From assembly GCA_963663765.2 (NCBI GenBank), contig CAXXUA010000004.1, forward strand, positions 928,001 to 992,000: DNA of 64,000 bases. Direction: 5' to 3'. Of the stretch, positions 1 through 8,883 are shown one piece after another. Made by a program: the position numbers and the translations under genes. Below the pieces are notes generated by a model that worked only from the letters and a program-made list of their open reading frames with translations, did no database searches and was not told where the DNA came from. Source of the stretch: Candidatus Poribacteria bacterium. Lineage in GTDB: Bacteria; Poribacteria; WGA-4E; WGA-3G. Positions within the stretch are counted from its first letter, which is position 1. Every line of letters starts with the position of its first letter.

Positions 1-13
1 AAAGGATATTCAG

Positions 14-1108
14 ATGAGTATCAGCATCGGTATGGTGGGGTTAGGGATGTTCGGTCCCTCATTCATTCAATCGTATAAAGCACATCCAGACGTGCATCGA
101 CTTGCACTCTGCGATTTGCGGGAAGAACGTTTGTCAAAATGGGCAAAGCAATTTGAGATTTCGGAGACTTATACAAGTCTTGATGACATCTGCAAATCGG
201 ATTTGGATGCGCTTGTCATCATCACGCAACATTGGATGCACGCACCGCAGGCAATACAAGCAATGCAGTCGGGTAAGCACGTTTATACTGCTGTACCTGC
301 TGCTGTGTCGTTAGATGAATGTGAACAGTTGGTACAAACAGCGCAACGGACTGGGATGATCTACATGAACGGTGAAACAAGTTATTTTCGTCCAGAGGCT
401 GTTTTTTGTCGTCAGAAAGCGGCGGAAGGTGCGTTCGGTGAGTTTGTTCATTGTCGAGCTGAGTATTTCCACGATATGGAACATGGTCTATACGATGTAT
501 ATAAAAACCGATGGGGTGATCAGTTTGGTCGTGACAAAACTGGCAGTATTCCTATGTATTATCCAACACATTCAACATGTTTTCCCATTTCTGTAATGAA
601 CGCTTATGCAACATCCGTTTCGGCACAGGGTTATATCTATCCTGACGATGATTGGTATCGGTTGGACACAATCCACAAAAACCCATATTCTAATGAAGTT
701 GGACTTTTCTCAATGAGCAACGGGGCAACAATGCAAATCTGTGAGTTTCGCAGAATAGGTCATCCGGGTTGTGAACGTGCAAGTGGGATATATGGTACTA
801 AAGGCAGTTATGAACAGAGTCTTGCTGGAACCGTATGGGCAACGAAACACGGAAGGGAGGCTGTCCAACCTACCCAAATGCATGAATACCTACCAGAAGA
901 ACTTGTGGATAATTTGGGGGGACACGGTGGATCTCATGCGTATCTGGTGCATGAATTTGTGGATTCTGTCAATCAGGAACGGTTACCACGCGTCAACGTA
1001 TGGGAAGCGGTTCGATATTGTGCTCCTGGACTTGTAGCACATGAATCGGCACTTAAGGATGGTGAGCTGCTCCAAATTCCTGATTGGGGTGATGCTCCGA
1101 CTGACTAA
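14..1108 (+). CDS. Gfo/Idh/MocA family oxidoreductase
   Basis: N-terminal Rossmann motif IGMVGLGMFG; 'HAPQAIQAMQSGKHV' segment typical of the family; AAAGGA upstream. Confidence 0.9.
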   Translation: MSISIGMVGLGMFGPSFIQSYKAHPDVHRLALCDLREERLSKWAKQFEISETYTSLDDICKSDLDALVIITQHWMHAPQAIQAMQSGKHVYTAVPAAVSLDECEQLVQTAQRTGMIYMNGETSYFRPEAVFCRQKAAEGAFGEFVHCRAEYFHDMEHGLYDVYKNRWGDQFGRDKTGSIPMYYPTHSTCFPISVMNAYATSVSAQGYIYPDDDWYRLDTIHKNPYSNEVGLFSMSNGATMQICEFRRIGHPGCERASGIYGTKGSYEQSLAGTVWATKHGREAVQPTQMHEYLPEELVDNLGGHGGSHAYLVHEFVDSVNQERLPRVNVWEAVRYCAPGLVAHESALKDGELLQIPDWGDAPTD

Positions 1109-1178
1109 ATTTACCTCATCCTCGTAGTTTGTGTAGCGTTTGCCACAACTTCAGATTTGTCTCTAAAACAGGATTTGC

Positions 1179-1316
1179 ATGTGTCTGAACCAGGATTTCC
1201 AGGATTTTCAGATTTTCAGGATTTACCTAATAAATGTTTATTACTGAAATTCAGTTTAATGGATACAAAATATCATGGATGAGAATAACCCTATAAATCT
1301 GATAATCCTGGTTCAT
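1179..1316. repeat. Inverted-repeat unit of the 'GTCTGAACCAGGATTT..CAGGATT' family, copy 1
   Basis: CATGTGTCTGAACCAGGATTTCCAGGATTTTCAGATTTTCAGGATT (1179-1223) faces AAATCTGATAATCCTGGTTCA (~1295-1315). Confidence 0.65.
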
Positions 1317-1333
1317 CCGCTATACTGACAACA

Positions 1334-2398
1334 TCACTTTGTCATATCCCACATACGCACTGTATTGTCAAAGCTCCCACTCGCCAAAGATCGACCATCC
1401 GGACTAAACGCTACGCAGTTGACAGCATTCGTATGATCTCTTATCGTACGGATAGGTGTACCATCGCTTACTTTCCACAAACGAATCGTGTCGTCCCAAC
1501 TGGCAGCAGCAACGGTGCGTCCATCCGGACTGAATGCAATCATGATAATATATGACGTATGTCCCTTCAACGTACGGAAATGGGTGCCGCCGCTTGCGTT
1601 CCACAAACGTACCGTCATATCACTACTCCCACTCGCAAGGAAGCGACTATCCGGACTAAACGCAACACTATTCACAGTATCCGTATGTCCTGTGAGCGTG
1701 TGGATACGGTGTCCAAACTTTAAGTTCCACAGACGGATATTATTGTCATAACTGCCGCAGGCGAGTGTGTTACCATCGGGACTAAACGCAACACTTCTGG
1801 CAGGATCCGTTTGTCCAGTGAAAGTGCGTATCTCTGTGCCATCGCTTGCGTTCCACAAACGGATAGTATTATCCCAACCGCCACTTGCGAGTGTGCTACC
1901 ATCCGGACTAAACGCAACGTTCGCTACCCAACCTATATGCTCTGTGAATGTGACAGTATTGGTTCCATTATTTGTGTCCCACAATCGGGCAGTTCCGTCA
2001 AAACTGGAACTGGCGATCGTGTTACCATCAGGACTGAACACCACATTTCTGACAATACCCGTATGTCCACTAAATACACGTATCAATGTTCCGTTGCTTG
2101 TATCCCACAAACGGAGAGTCAAGTCATAACTGCCACTGACAAGTTTGCTACCATCAGGACTGAATGCGACACCGTAGACACTCCTGGTATGTCCTGTGAG
2201 TGTACCGATAAAATATGTTCTTTCAGGAATCATTTCCGTTTCTTCAGTGTCATTATCCGTTGGGTCTACAAAGGTTGTGTCAATATTTGTTCGTTTGCCA
2301 ATCTGTGATGTGGTGTCTTCGTCGCCACCACACCCTACTATCATTATGCAGAGGAGAATGCTCAATATCAAAATACTTCTTTTCATAATAAACCCCAT
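1334..2398 (-). CDS. WD40-repeat (7-bladed propeller) lipoprotein; likely start 2386
   Basis: Seven GH...AFSPDG..LASGS.D.T.RLW repeats; signal peptide with lipobox IVG|C. Confidence 0.93.
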   Translation of the reverse strand: MGFIMKRSILILSILLCIMIVGCGGDEDTTSQIGKRTNIDTTFVDPTDNDTEETEMIPERTYFIGTLTGHTRSVYGVAFSPDGSKLVSGSYDLTLRLWDTSNGTLIRVFSGHTGIVRNVVFSPDGNTIASSSFDGTARLWDTNNGTNTVTFTEHIGWVANVAFSPDGSTLASGGWDNTIRLWNASDGTEIRTFTGQTDPARSVAFSPDGNTLACGSYDNNIRLWNLKFGHRIHTLTGHTDTVNSVAFSPDSRFLASGSSDMTVRLWNASGGTHFRTLKGHTSYIIMIAFSPDGRTVAAASWDDTIRLWKVSDGTPIRTIRDHTNAVNCVAFSPDGRSLASGSFDNTVRMWDMTK

Positions 2399-2416
2399 TA
2401 CCTATTAATATCAGAC

Positions 2417-2445
2417 AGAATACATCATATATGAAAAGAAGTCAA
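2417..2445 (-). promoter_or_regulatory. Putative sigma70 promoter of the WD40 lipoprotein gene
   Basis: Minus strand TTGACT-N17-TATTCT. Confidence 0.5.
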
Positions 2446-2458
2446 TTATTTTATCTTT

Positions 2459-2608
2459 ACCAGGATTTTCAGGATTATCAGATTAACAGGATTGGACTTT
2501 ATGAGACGATTATGCCATACGCAAAAGTCAATTTTATCTGTTGATGTGATGGGAAACGCATCTAATCCTGGAAATCTGTAAATCCTGAAAACCTGGTTCA
2601 GACACATG
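2459..2608. repeat. Inverted-repeat unit of the CAGGATT family, copy 2
   Basis: ACCAGGATTTTCAGGATTATCAGATTAACAGGATT faces AATCCTGGAAATCTGTAAATCCTGAAAACCTGGTTCAGACACATG; the latter is approximately the reverse complement of 1179-1223. Confidence 0.65.
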
Positions 2609-2634
2609 GAAAAAACTTTACACACCCCATTGAG

Positions 2635-2881
2635 CTTACTATTACCCATAAGTCGAATTGGAGGGACAAAGGCTCGACATGCTGCTGTAGGAGGAGTTTC
2701 TAACCCGGATAGAGGACAGAAAACTGGTCATAAGAACTAAAAAACCTTGTGAAATTAGTCTAAAAGGCCTATAAAGGTATCCTACATCTAAAATATTGGT
2801 CAGTTTTCAGGCGTTTTTGAGCAACAGGCACCTACAAAAGACTTAACGGACTATACCCAAAAACTTATGGGTAATAGTAAG
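2635..2881. mobile_element. MITE family A, copy 1 (247 bp)
   Basis: Perfect 19-bp TIR CTTACTATTACCCATAAGT / ACTTATGGGTAATAGTAAG; 9-bp TSD CCCATTGAG at 2626-2634 and 2882-2890; no coding capacity; second copy at 20158-20405. Confidence 0.9.
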
Positions 2882-2942
2882 CCCATTGAGAAGGGTGTGT
2901 AAAGTTTTGGTTGCTGTGCGTAGGGGCGGGGTTTCCCCGCCC

Positions 2943-3085
2943 CATAGACGTCAATTTAAGAAAATATTGTTGTCATTTTTCTTGTGGGAGGGGTTTTCAA
3001 CCTCGATTTGAGCGGAAATGCACTAAAAAATCGGGGTTGAAAACCCCTCCCACAAGAGGTGAAAATCCTTAAATTGACGTCTATG
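2943..3085. mobile_element. MITE family B, copy 1 (143 bp)
   Basis: Perfect 18-bp TIR CATAGACGTCAATTTAAG / CTTAAATTGACGTCTATG; flanked by the 19-bp palindrome GGGCGGGGT(T/C)TCCCCGCCC on both sides; internal inverted pair CTTGTGGGAGGGGTTTTCAACC. Confidence 0.88.
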
Positions 3086-3104
3086 GGGCGGGGTCTCCCC
3101 GCCC

Positions 3105-3246
3105 CATAGACGTCAATTTATGAAAAAAGTGTTGGTGTTTCTCTTGTGTGAGTTTTTTTCAACCTCGATATGACAGAAGATGAACATAAAATCGGGGTTG
3201 AAAACTTCTCCCACAAGAGGTTAAAATCCTTAAGTTGACGCTTATG
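3105..3246. mobile_element. MITE family B, copy 2 (tandem with copy 1)
   Basis: CATAGACGTCAATTTA ... CTTAAGTTGACGCTTATG; same internal inverted pair. Confidence 0.85.
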
Positions 3247-3265
3247 GGGTGCGCTTACAAAACAC

Positions 3266-3309
3266 CAAATCAAGAAATCAACGGTATGAATGCCATTTAG
3301 GCATTCCCC
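3266..3309 (+). mobile_element. 44-bp element D inserted in a REP, copy 1
   Basis: CAAATCAAGAAATCAACGGTATGAATGCCATTTAGGCATTCCCC splits GCGCTTACAAA(G/A)CAC|G(C/T)CTACC; other copies at 8214, 55052 and 55398. Confidence 0.75.
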
Positions 3310-3322
3310 GTCTACCATCGGA

Positions 3323-4230
3323 GCGCGCTTACAAAGCACGCCTGCAGTGGGGCACGCCAGCAGGTGAGGGCGGGGATGGCGCGCTTACAAAGCACGCCTG
3401 CAGTTTATGGGAGTATGGAGCGCGCTTACAAAGCACCCAGCAGTGGGGCACGCCAGCAGGTGAGGGCAGGGATGGCGCGCTTACAAAGCACGCCTGCAGT
3501 TTATGGGAGTATGGAGCGCGCTTACAAAGCACGCCTGCAGTGGGGCACGCCAGCAGGTGAGGGCGGGGATGGCGCGCTTACAAAGCACGCCTGCAGTTTA
3601 TGGGAGTATGGAACGAGCTTACAAAGCACGCCTGCAGTGGGGCACGCCAGCAGGTGAGGCCGGGGATGGCGCGCTTACAAAGCACGCCTGCAGTTTATGG
3701 GAGTATGGAGCGCGCTTACAAAGCACGCCTGCAGTGGGGCACGCCAGCAGGTGAGGCCGGGGATGGCGCGCTTAAAAAGCACGCCTGCAGTTTTTGGGAG
3801 TATGGAGCGCGCTTACAAAGCACCCAGCAGTGGGGCACGCCAGCAGGTGAGGCCGGGGATGGCGCGCTTACAAAGCACGCCTGCAGTTTATGGGAGTATG
3901 GAGCGCGCTTACAAAGCACCCAGCAGTGGGGCACGCCAGCAGGTGAGGGCAGGGATGGCGCGCTTAAAAAGCACGCCTGCAGTTTATGGGAGTATGGAGC
4001 GCGCTTACAAAGCACGCCTGCAGTGGGGCACGCCAGCAGGTGAGGCCGGGGATGGCGCGCTTACAAAGCACGCCTGCAGTTTATGGGAGTATGGAGCGCG
4101 CTTACAAAGCACGCCTGCAGTGGGGCACGCCAGCAGGTGAGGCCGGGGATGGCGCGCTTACAAAGCACGCCTGCAGTGGGGCACGCCAGCAGGTGAGGCC
4201 GGGGATGGCGCGCTTACAAAGCACGCCTAC
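3323..4230. repeat. Tandem array of 96-97-bp units; 19 copies of the REP core GCGCGCTTACAAAGCACGCCTGCAG with two alternating fixed linkers
   Basis: Unit starts at 3323, 3420, 3516, 3613, 3710, 3807, 3903, 3999 and 4096; linkers TGGGGCACGCCAGCAGGTGAGGCCGGGGATG and TTTATGGGAGTATGGA recur almost unchanged. Confidence 0.95.
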
Positions 4231-4267
4231 CGTTGGAGAAATATTTTATTACCGAATTAATCTTCAT

Positions 4268-4412
4268 TAGGGACGATATGTTTATAGAAAACGAATACCC
4301 TCTCAGTTCTTTAGTCCCATAGGGACGACATGTTTATTCTTCTATGTCGTTCCTACGGAACTCAATTGGGGTGGAAAACATTTATCTATAAACATATCGT
4401 TCCTACGGAACT
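4268..4412. repeat. REP cluster of the (C)GTAGGGACG / CGTCCCTACG family
   Basis: Approximate reverse complement of the interior of the element at 12126-12475. Confidence 0.75.
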
Positions 4413-4643
4413 ATAGTGAAATATACAATTAAGTTTACACTTGTTCTGTAGGAGCGATCTCCGAATCGCGACTGGACGTCTTGATAGTCGGGAATCGGAG
4501 TTCCCGCCTACCCCTGAAAGTGAACGTTTTGATAGTCGGGAATCGGAGTTACCGCCTACCCCTGAAACTGGACGTCTTGATAGTCGGGAATCGGAGTTAC
4601 CGCCTACCCTGAAAGTGTAAAAATAATTCTAAAATGCACTATA
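4412..4643. mobile_element. MITE family E (TATAGTG...CACTATA) carrying three tandem REP units
   Basis: Imperfect ~30-bp TIR TATAGTGAAATATACAATTAAGTTTACACT / AGTGTAAAAATAATTCTAAAATGCACTATA; possible TA duplication; three copies of TTGATAGTCGGGAATCGGAGTT(C/A)CCGCCTACCC inside. Confidence 0.65.
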
Positions 4644-4692
4644 ATGTCAGGGTTTCTACAAAAACTTTACACACCCCATTGAGAAAATGTGT

Positions 4693-4721
4693 TTGATTTA
4701 ACTTACATTTTAGTGTATACT
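4693..4721 (+). promoter_or_regulatory. Putative sigma70 promoter
   Basis: TTGATT-N17-TATACT upstream of the reductase gene. Confidence 0.5.
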
Positions 4722-4852
4722 ATGCAAATTAATGAAAGGTTTATGAAGTTTGTAATCATGGCAGCACGGTTTTTTACAAGTAACATGGACGATGAAAGCA
4801 GTTGGATAACGATTAACCTACACTGAATAAACGAGGTAACAAGGAGTATAGA

Positions 4853-7303
4853 ATGGCTATTGAATACGCGGGAGCTTATGACACATCAGCAATTCCCGAA
4901 GATGTTGCCCGCGAAATTGAAATTTATGAGATACAACTCAACAGGGTACAAGCTGGTCAAGTTGAAGAATCTCTTTTTACTGAATTTAGACTACGGCACG
5001 GGGTTTACGGGCAACGTGATGATAGATCACAGATGATCCGTGTCAAAATTCCATTTGGCGGACTTACAGCCGCGCAGCTTGAAATGTTGGCGGATGTGGC
5101 AGAGGAATTCTCAGACAACATCATACACATTACCACACGACAAGATGTACAATATCACTACGTTGACATCAATAATACACCTGAACTGATGCGACGTCTA
5201 GCGAGTGTTGACATCACGACAAAAGAAGCGTGTGGCAATGTTGTGCGAAACGTAACAGCATGTCCACTTAGCGGTGTGTGCAATGACGAAACCTTTGATG
5301 TAACCCCATATTCAAAGGCGTTGTCTGCATTCCTATTGGGACACCCAGATGCACAAGATTTTGGTCGAAAATTCAAAATCGCATTTTCGGGTTGTGAGGA
5401 GCACGCTTGCGGCTTAGCAAACATGCACGACATCGGTGCGGTCGCTGCCGTTAAAGATGTGGATGGAGAAACCAAACGTGGATTTAGACTCTATGTCGGA
5501 GGTGGACTCGGGGCGGTACCACATCAAGCAAAAATCTTTGATGACTTCGTTCCCGCTGAAGAACTCCTGCCAATTTCACAGTCAATCTGCAGAGTTTTCT
5601 CCCGGTTAGGAGAGAGAAAAAACCGGAACAAAGCTCGACTAAAGTTTGTTGTTGCAAAATACGGTATTGAAGAATTCCGAAAGTTGGTGCTTGAAGATCG
5701 AGAAACACTACGGCATGATCCTGAATGGACAGCTTATCTTGACAGTCTTGATGCTTACGATGAATTTCCACTTAAGCCACCTACGCAGCTCAACGGTGCA
5801 ACACGACCCGATGGGTTTGAGGTATGGTATAAATCAAATGTACGGCTACAGAGTCAACCTGGGTATGCTTATGTGACGTTAACATTGCCACTTGGCGACA
5901 TCACCGCTGATCAAACCCGTGCATTAGCAGATATTTCTCGGAAATACGTCAAAGACACTATCCGCGCTACAGTGGAGCAAAACATTGTTCTACGCTGGGT
6001 AACAATGACCGATTTACCCGCATTGTATCGCGATCTGAAAGCAGTGGGGTTAGGTGACCCTGGTGCAGAATCTTTAGTAGATATTACCGCTTGTCCAGGG
6101 ACAGACTCATGTAAGTTAGGAGTCTCTTCGTCACGAGGACTGGCAGCACACCTTCGAAACTATTTCATTGAAGCAGGTGTGCAGAATGAAATCAAAGACT
6201 TCCGGATTAAGATTAGTGGATGTCCCAACTCATGTGGACAACACCACGTCGCAAATATTGGTTTCTTCGGTTCTTCAAAACGGCATCGAATTGGGGGACA
6301 TATCGCTCCCGTATACTTGGTTCTACTTGGTGGACACATGATTGAAAATGCCAGTTCTTACGGACTCGCTACAGGTAAAATCCATGCAAACTATATTCCA
6401 GCGTTCATTGAAGAATTGACCGGGAAATATGTAAATGAAAAGCAAAATTGTGAAACCTTCACCGATTACGTTGAACGACTCGGAAAAGTGGAGATCAAAG
6501 AAATATTATCTAATTATGATAATATCCCTCCTTATGAAGAAGCACCAGAATTTTACATAGACACTGGTGACACAAAAGACTATCAACTCAAAACCGGTGT
6601 CGGTGAATGTGCTGGTATGTTGGTTGAACTTGTCTCTATGAAGTTGGAGGAATCAGATCGTCTTATATATGAATCCGGACTAAGTTTGGAAGCTAGTACT
6701 TACCAAGAATGTGCAGATAAAGCATTTAATGCAATGATCAAAGCAGCAGATGGACTCTTGACGACTGTTGGGTTGCAATATATTGACGATGATACCACTG
6801 TCAATGAATTCCGCAAACACTTCTTTGATGCTGGTAACTTCTTTGCTGGATTTGGTGCACATCTATTCAAGGCTACGGAGGAAGATAGCTCTACTTTTGA
6901 CCACGAATTAGCACACCGACGCGTGGAAGAAGCAACCCTCTTCGTAGAAGAATCGCATAACGTGTATAATCGTATGCGTATCAAGCAGGAGGAAGAAGAG
7001 GCGAGTAAACGTAAGACACGTAGGTCGCGTCCTGCACCGAAGCCAAAGGTTGTTAAAGAAAAGAAACCTGTTGTGGAAATCACTGATAGCCTTGACCTGA
7101 AAGGTGTCGCATGCCCGTTCAACTACGTGCAAGCGAAGGTTCGGTTAGAAACGATGGATACCGGTCAACTTTTGGAGATTACCATTGATGACGGTGAACC
7201 GTTTGAGAACGTGCCGAAAAGCCTTACAAACGATGGGCATGACATTGTTGACACAAAGAAGATAGGGCAACACTACCGCTTGACAATAAAGAAGGGCAAG
7301 TAG
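4853..7303 (+). CDS. Siroheme ferredoxin-type sulfite/nitrite reductase with a helical linker domain and a C-terminal TusA/SirA-like domain
   Basis: ITTRQ, ACGNVVRNV, RKFKIAFSGC, ACPGTDSCKLG and ISGCPNSC (Fe-S/siroheme ligands); C-terminal LDLKGVACPFN TusA motif; RBS AAGGAG. Confidence 0.88.
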   Translation: MAIEYAGAYDTSAIPEDVAREIEIYEIQLNRVQAGQVEESLFTEFRLRHGVYGQRDDRSQMIRVKIPFGGLTAAQLEMLADVAEEFSDNIIHITTRQDVQYHYVDINNTPELMRRLASVDITTKEACGNVVRNVTACPLSGVCNDETFDVTPYSKALSAFLLGHPDAQDFGRKFKIAFSGCEEHACGLANMHDIGAVAAVKDVDGETKRGFRLYVGGGLGAVPHQAKIFDDFVPAEELLPISQSICRVFSRLGERKNRNKARLKFVVAKYGIEEFRKLVLEDRETLRHDPEWTAYLDSLDAYDEFPLKPPTQLNGATRPDGFEVWYKSNVRLQSQPGYAYVTLTLPLGDITADQTRALADISRKYVKDTIRATVEQNIVLRWVTMTDLPALYRDLKAVGLGDPGAESLVDITACPGTDSCKLGVSSSRGLAAHLRNYFIEAGVQNEIKDFRIKISGCPNSCGQHHVANIGFFGSSKRHRIGGHIAPVYLVLLGGHMIENASSYGLATGKIHANYIPAFIEELTGKYVNEKQNCETFTDYVERLGKVEIKEILSNYDNIPPYEEAPEFYIDTGDTKDYQLKTGVGECAGMLVELVSMKLEESDRLIYESGLSLEASTYQECADKAFNAMIKAADGLLTTVGLQYIDDDTTVNEFRKHFFDAGNFFAGFGAHLFKATEEDSSTFDHELAHRRVEEATLFVEESHNVYNRMRIKQEEEEASKRKTRRSRPAPKPKVVKEKKPVVEITDSLDLKGVACPFNYVQAKVRLETMDTGQLLEITIDDGEPFENVPKSLTNDGHDIVDTKKIGQHYRLTIKKGK

Positions 7304-7312
7304 GATTTCAGT

Positions 7313-7346
7313 GTGTGTAGAGAGGAATTGAAACCTCTCTACACAC
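7313..7346 (+). terminator. Hairpin, putative terminator
   Basis: GTGTGTAGAGAGG-8 nt-CCTCTCTACACAC (13-bp stem) right after the stop codon. Confidence 0.6.
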
Positions 7347-7364
7347 GTTATTATTACAGAGTCA

Positions 7365-7853
7365 GTGTGTGCAAATCCCGAAAAAAACTTGAAAGTCTAT
7401 CTTGATACTTGTTGTTTAAGTCGCCTTTTTAACGATCAGACACAAGTGAGAATTCGTCAAGAAACAGATGCTGTTAAGACGATCCTTGCACGTTTCTTCA
7501 CAAAACAATGGGAATGGATTAGTAGCACGGTCGTACTGAACGAAATCCGTAAAACACCTAATGAGATACTGTGTGTTGAAATGGAAACCTTGTTAGGGTT
7601 GACAAACCGTAATATTGACGGTGGAGAAAAGGAAACCATACGGGCAACACAACTTGAAGTATTAGGATTTAAATGGTTGGATGCTTTACATATCGCTTGT
7701 GCAGAAAGCGGAAACGCAGATGTACTGCTAACTACAGATGATCGTATGCTGAGAAGAGCAAAAAGGTTCAATTTACGACTTCGTGTTCGTGTTGAAAACC
7801 CGTATACATGGTTAGAGGAGGTCGTCGAAAATGAACGTACAAACCTTGCTTAA
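7365..7853 (+). CDS. PIN-domain protein (VapC-like toxin)
   Basis: VYLDTCC, DALHIACAE and LLTTDD PIN acidic motifs. Confidence 0.88.
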   Translation: MCANPEKNLKVYLDTCCLSRLFNDQTQVRIRQETDAVKTILARFFTKQWEWISSTVVLNEIRKTPNEILCVEMETLLGLTNRNIDGGEKETIRATQLEVLGFKWLDALHIACAESGNADVLLTTDDRMLRRAKRFNLRLRVRVENPYTWLEEVVENERTNLA

Positions 7854-8037
7854 AAATGAGATGAAAATGCTACGTCACCAAAATCTAGACGTTCATGCAC
7901 TATTAAAAAAAATCTTTCAGTATCAAGATGGGAAAGGCGACTATTCAATTGAACGACATAAATGGATGGAAACGCTTGATAAAGAGACATTCTTAAATGA
8001 AATCCGATTAATACAAGCACGCGAAGAACAGCAATAA
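7831..8037 (+). CDS. Small putative antitoxin partner of the PIN protein
   Basis: Overlaps the PIN stop; GKGDYSIERHKW resembles the GxGDYTxER motif of small PIN-associated proteins (recalled, not searched). Confidence 0.6.
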   Translation: MNVQTLLKNEMKMLRHQNLDVHALLKKIFQYQDGKGDYSIERHKWMETLDKETFLNEIRLIQAREEQQ

Positions 8038-8090
8038 TTAATCTTCTCAAATCGGAAGTTTGAAAATCCGTTAATCATGTTTTTTATATA

Positions 8091-8133
8091 TTGGCGTTTG
8101 CCGCCGCGCCCAAAACGGGTCGGCAAACGCCAA
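8091..8133. terminator. GC-rich hairpin (terminator or small palindromic element)
   Basis: TTGGCGTTTGCCG / CGGCAAACGCCAA perfect 13-bp stem followed by ATTTTT. Confidence 0.55.
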
Positions 8134-8187
8134 ATTTTTGTCCAGTTAGGATGCACAACTGCATCGTATTCCTTGATTTGGTTATGG

Positions 8188-8351
8188 TAGGACTTACACA
8201 CCCAACGGTAGGCGGGGAATGCCTAAACGGCATTCATACCGTTGATTTCTTGATTTGGTGCTTTGTAAGCGCGCTGGAACATAATAATGCTGAAAATTAC
8301 ATCATTTTCAGCACAATTCTAGATTAAATCATGAAAACTGCGTAAGTCCTG
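8188..8351. mobile_element. MITE family H carrying a REP interrupted by element D (8214-8257)
   Basis: TIR TAGGACTTACACA / TGCGTAAGTCCTG; TSD TATGG at 8183-8187 and 8352-8356. Confidence 0.75.
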
Positions 8352-8382
8352 TATGGTTATAATTTGAGTAAGGAAATGTTTT

Positions 8383-8883
8383 ATGCGCCACAACCTATTT
8401 GTCCCTAACAAACTGCCCTATGCAAAAGGAAAAAATAGACCAGATGTTGCATGTATCCTATGTGCAATTGTAGAAAAAGATGAAAAAGTAGAACGGCTTG
8501 AGGTGCATCGGACAGAACAATTTACTATTTCGCTCAATCTTTATCCTTACAGTCCCGGACACCTGCTTGTTTTTCCAAATCGACACATCATTGATATGCG
8601 AGACTTGAGTTCTGAAGAAGTTTTGCACCTGCACAACCTTCAGTGTCTCAGTTTTGAGGTATTGACACAAGCATATCAACCACTTGGTTTTAATGTAGGA
8701 TATAATATGGGGGAATCCTCTGGCGCCAGTATTCCACATCTACATCTGCATGTTGTTCCGCGCTATCCACGGGAGTTGGGTTTCATGGACGTAATTGGTG
8801 GTGCAAGGATTATCATTGAAGACCCAAATGCTACACAGCAAAAACTTACACAGATATTTCAGGAAAAGGCAGTTGACGTTTAA
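8383..8883 (+). CDS. HIT family hydrolase (Ap4A phosphorylase-like)
   Basis: CILC, LNLYPYSPGH and the HLHLHVVPR histidine triad. Confidence 0.92.
   Translation: MRHNLFVPNKLPYAKGKNRPDVACILCAIVEKDEKVERLEVHRTEQFTISLNLYPYSPGHLLVFPNRHIIDMRDLSSEEVLHLHNLQCLSFEVLTQAYQPLGFNVGYNMGESSGASIPHLHLHVVPRYPRELGFMDVIGGARIIIEDPNATQQKLTQIFQEKAVDV

Larger units (their letters stand above)
2893..4676. mobile_element. MITE family C composite (1784 bp) filled with nested elements and REP arrays
   Basis: TIR GGGTGTGTAAAGTTTT / AAAACTTTACACACCC; perfect 9-bp TSD CATTGAGAA at 2884-2892 and 4677-4685; both ends match the compact copy at 11632-11814. Confidence 0.85.

Noticed and set aside
3323-4230. CRISPR array
   Set aside because: The spacers are two fixed sequences that alternate, and there are no cas genes or leader; it is a REP tandem repeat
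3118-4270. Many overlapping short ORFs (ARLQSTP/ALTKHAC peptides)
   Set aside because: Products of stop-poor GC-rich repeats in all frames; no RBS or domain
8091-8327. 78-aa ORF containing GECLNGIHTVDFLIW
   Set aside because: Translation of element D within MITE H; the same peptide appears in the ORF at 3118-3339
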